Assembly: GCA_965285935.1 (NCBI GenBank) | Contig: OZ260666.1 | Location: 22,320,001 to 22,384,000, forward strand | Direction: 5' to 3' | From: Ophelia neglecta | Lineage: Eukaryota | DNA: 64,000 bases | In this document: positions 60,482 to 64,000 of the stretch, piece by piece | Layout of the letters: every line of letters begins with the position of its first letter | Numbering within the stretch: the first letter of the stretch is position 1 | Translations under genes and position numbers: made by a program | The notes under the pieces: model-generated | What the model saw: only the letters and a program-made list of their open reading frames with translations | What the model was told of the DNA's origin: nothing | Databases searched by the model: none

Positions 60482-61908
60482 GAAAACTGGCATCATGGAA
60501 CTCTCAATAAAACAAGTCCTTAAATCAATAAATCATATACGGTTGACAAATTTAGCTAATGGCGAAATAAATCGTATTTTGGAATATTTATCTGTTGTTT
60601 TTAAATGCAGTTTGTGCAGGAATTTATATAATATTTTTCAGTAACAAGGATTCGATAAACGATTGTACAAAGAGCGCAATAGAATTTGTATTATTAGACG
60701 AATACACTATATTATAAACTAATCTATAAAAGTAATTATTAGAATATATTAGACGGGGTTAAATTTTCAATTGAAACGTTTTTCAAAGTTAATAAATATT
60801 AAACTAATCAATAATATTATTAATTCTTTATATATTTCAAATAATGTCGTGCAATTGCTGTAATTATTATGGAAACAAATTTAGATTCATTAGCCAAATT
60901 AATTTATTTATCAATTTTGAATAATTCCCAGACACTCTTCAAGATTAAAACTTAAACAAAATGCATGAACAATATAAACAAACGTTTTGTTATTAAATGA
61001 GGTACGTCTTAATTATAACTTTTATTTTGAAGATTTCGTCATATCTTCCAGCGGTGTATTTAAAAAAATAAAATAAACACTTCATATGTATAATAAATCA
61101 CTGGAAATTAAGATCACACTCTGGTCTGTATAATACTTGTCTGCTTATAGAGGTGTCCTGTTTAGACAGGTACTTTTTTGGTATGGTCTTCATATGGAAG
61201 ATCTGGTTTGACAAACGATCTGAATATAGAGGGGGTCTTTACGGCAAGTTACATTTTATAGAGACAAGGAAGCACATTTGCCTCTCTAATATATGCTAAT
61301 AATTACTTTTATGTATTAGGTTATAATAGAATTTATGCGTCTTATAATACAAATGCTATTGCGCTCTTTGTAAGATCGAATCCTTGTTACTGCAATAAAA
61401 CATATAAATTCCGGCATACACTACATTAAAAAAATAGATAAATATTCCAAAGTACGGTTCATTTGGCCATCAGCTGAATTTGCCAACTGTATATGATTTA
61501 TTTGACTCAAGGACTTTTATTTGAGAAGTCCATTTTGCCAACTTTTTCTAATTGATGACGACTTTTGTTGCCTCTCGGTATCATGTAGTTTACGAGGATA
61601 AACAAATATATCAGGCAACAAGACTTTTCTCTTATTTTCTCAACTGCCTGCATAAAATAGACAAAAACCTTCTAAAAGTGCGATTTTCATCGAAACTATT
61701 TCCATTCATTGCTCAGTCTTGTCTAAAACTTTAGTAAAATGTGAGGGTGCGCGTGTCCTGAACTACTCCAGTTAGCTAATGTTATGATTGTAATGAATTA
61801 CCTCGCCTCCTGTTCGCTAGAAGTCAGCACTATCACCGCGCTGACAGTCAGGTGACTGAGTTCATTGTGTCCCGGGGACTTTCGGCATAGAGGTGTCTAC
61901 GAGCCTTG
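60030..61908. mobile_element. Foldback/MITE-like element with long imperfect TIRs (CAAGG...CCTTG)
   Basis: 60030-~60705 is the reverse complement of ~61334-61908; AT-rich spacer with no transposase ORF. Confidence 0.85.
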
Positions 61909-62043
61909 NNNNNNNNNNNNNNNNNNNNNNNNNNNNNNNNNNNNNNNNNNNNNNNNNNNNNNNNNNNNNNNNNNNNNNNNNNNNNNNNNNNNNNNNNNNN
62001 NNNNNNNNNNNNNNNNNNNNNNNNNNNNNNNNNNNNNNNNNNN
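61909..62043. other. Assembly gap (135 N)
   Basis: Run of n. Confidence 1.
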
Positions 62044-64000
62044 GGGAAACCATTCATACATTTTTAACCCACGTTTTAGGCACATGGTTTGCATTGTGAA
62101 ACCTTCGCAAGGTTTCACAACTAGGTTTGCGCTGAAAAGCATCATAATGTGTTTAGAGGGTCAAAAGACCCCTGTAGACATCGAGGACTCATAAGAAAAA
62201 AATAGTTCTGAAAGTCCCGCTAGGTGGCGCCACTGTACCACAAGGTCCCATGTTTTTATGTCCCATGATATATATATTTCTATATATCAGCCAATCAGCG
62301 CAAAGGTCAAATCCATGTGCACACATAAAGTTGTGAGCATAGACAGTATATATCGCCTTCTATAAATAAGAACTTTTTCCAATATATCACTGTTTATCTT
62401 GGTGCTTTCAAAGTTATACAATACGTAAGTAGCTACCCGGCAGTCAAAGCCAAATCATTAGTCGAGAATAGCCCATTAATCGGTCCAAAATCATCAGCAA
62501 CCATCAGCCACAGGCTAACACATACATCAAAGCACCAATGTACCGCTCTCAAAGAGTAAATAGACTTGCAATGCAAATAAATAAGAATCTGCTCTTATTT
62601 CAAATAGGATAGTGATGCCCCGAGTTAAATATATGACTTGTATTTCGACCATGACTTCAAATATTCTGTTTGTACTTGTGCCTGTGCCGTGTGCGCATGC
62701 ATATTAAGTTGTAGGCAAATATGTTATATGGCACCCAATATAAATACGAACTAATCAGGATAGTTTGTTAAGGGTACTTTACATATTAACATGTTATCAA
62801 ACAATCCAAAATGTTCCCATTAATCTACGTTTATACATATGTATAAGCCTATGCTCGTAACTCAAGTTGTATAACGATGTCCCGAGTTCTCTATATCACT
62901 TTCTGATTGACCATGACATCAATTATTGTGTGGATACTTTGTGCCTGTGTGAAAGCGCCTGTGTGTGGGTATAGATATTAAATGGTGCTTGATATAAATG
63001 CGAACTTCGCATGCAAGTCCATCCAGGGTTGTATACATGTATTTGATCTTTTTTGTCCATTGCTGCCTTTGGCTTAGTAGAGGAAAGTGGTTTTCCATTC
63101 TTAACTTCTTAGGTCTATTGGCGATTGCCTCTGAGTCTCCCCTTCAAGCATCTTCGCCTAATAAACATGCGCCAAGGAAAAGCTTTTATTTTTTTGCATG
63201 CGATGATTACCAATATGCAAAGAATATGAGCCAAAACAGAAATTGTATTGTGTACTCTAGAAACCCATAAATACAAATACTATGAAATATATTTCAATAC
63301 AACCACATAAACATTCATGCATTCAATCATAGGCGGTCTTTAAAACTTTTTGTTGCTAAAGAAATGATGTACTTCATGTGATGACAACTGTGTAAAAGCT
63401 CCTTAAGGTGCCAGGTATCCAACGGAGTTCGTCTGCAAATCACACATGTAATTAATTCGGAGGGAGAACAACTATTTCCCGGTTAGTTAACATATTGTAT
63501 CCACAAATTAAACAACAATTTATTTATCAATGACTTTCAAAAATAATTTTCATAATACAACACTATAGCTGATGACCGGACCAATTAAATGCAACTAGCA
63601 GTAGTAATAGCCATCAGCAAAGGTTTCTTGACCATGTCTTGTATTGCTGCGGTTGTGCTGCACTGTGATCCCCGGATCCAATTGCATGTGTTCAATCCGC
63701 GAAGGATACAGATTTAAGAGACGCTTTTTTACACATTTTTCATCCATACTCATGGGGAGACAGTATGAATTATTTACTACATAGATGCGTAGATTAACCA
63801 TGTAAATGAGAATATTTTCAATCAAAAATCATTCACTGCCGACAAGTTTAGTCACACACATAAATTTCCGATACTTCGAGCCATGCTGCTACAGAAAGAC
63901 TGGTTGACAGTATTCTTCCCAGTTTGATATGATTTGGTCTTAATCCAATATTATGACTTCATATCATTACGACTGTCATGGGCAGTCGTAGATATGACTT

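Overview
AT-rich invertebrate genomic DNA, probably mollusc or another lophotrochozoan (inferred from a Meta-domain SINE and the repeat spectrum). Reading splice sites by eye gives three phase-consistent multi-exon host gene models. (1) A minus-strand ~613-aa Pro/Arg-rich low-complexity protein (7609-3668). (2) A minus-strand ~1190-1200-aa protein with a candidate N-myristoylation start (MGSRWC) and 34 ankyrin repeats in one 3.4-kb exon; repeat variation sits mainly at the ligand-binding positions (30411-16276). (3) A divergently transcribed ~661-aa apparent type II membrane receptor: long Tyr-motif/SH3-ligand N-terminal tail, one TM helix, two C-terminal Ig domains (36844-41782). Mobile DNA includes a young full-length Troyka-type Gypsy LTR element (CG..CG termini, 3-bp TSD, tRNA-Leu PBS, in-frame TGA-C between gag and pol) and a 5'-truncated CR1-group LINE with an 8-bp TSD. 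Also present: a LINE fragment flanked by ~165-bp direct repeats, Penelope and CR1 relics, SINEs, a foldback-like element with ~0.6-0.7-kb TIRs next to an assembly gap, two local segmental duplications and several minisatellites. All calls are by eye; no database searches were run.
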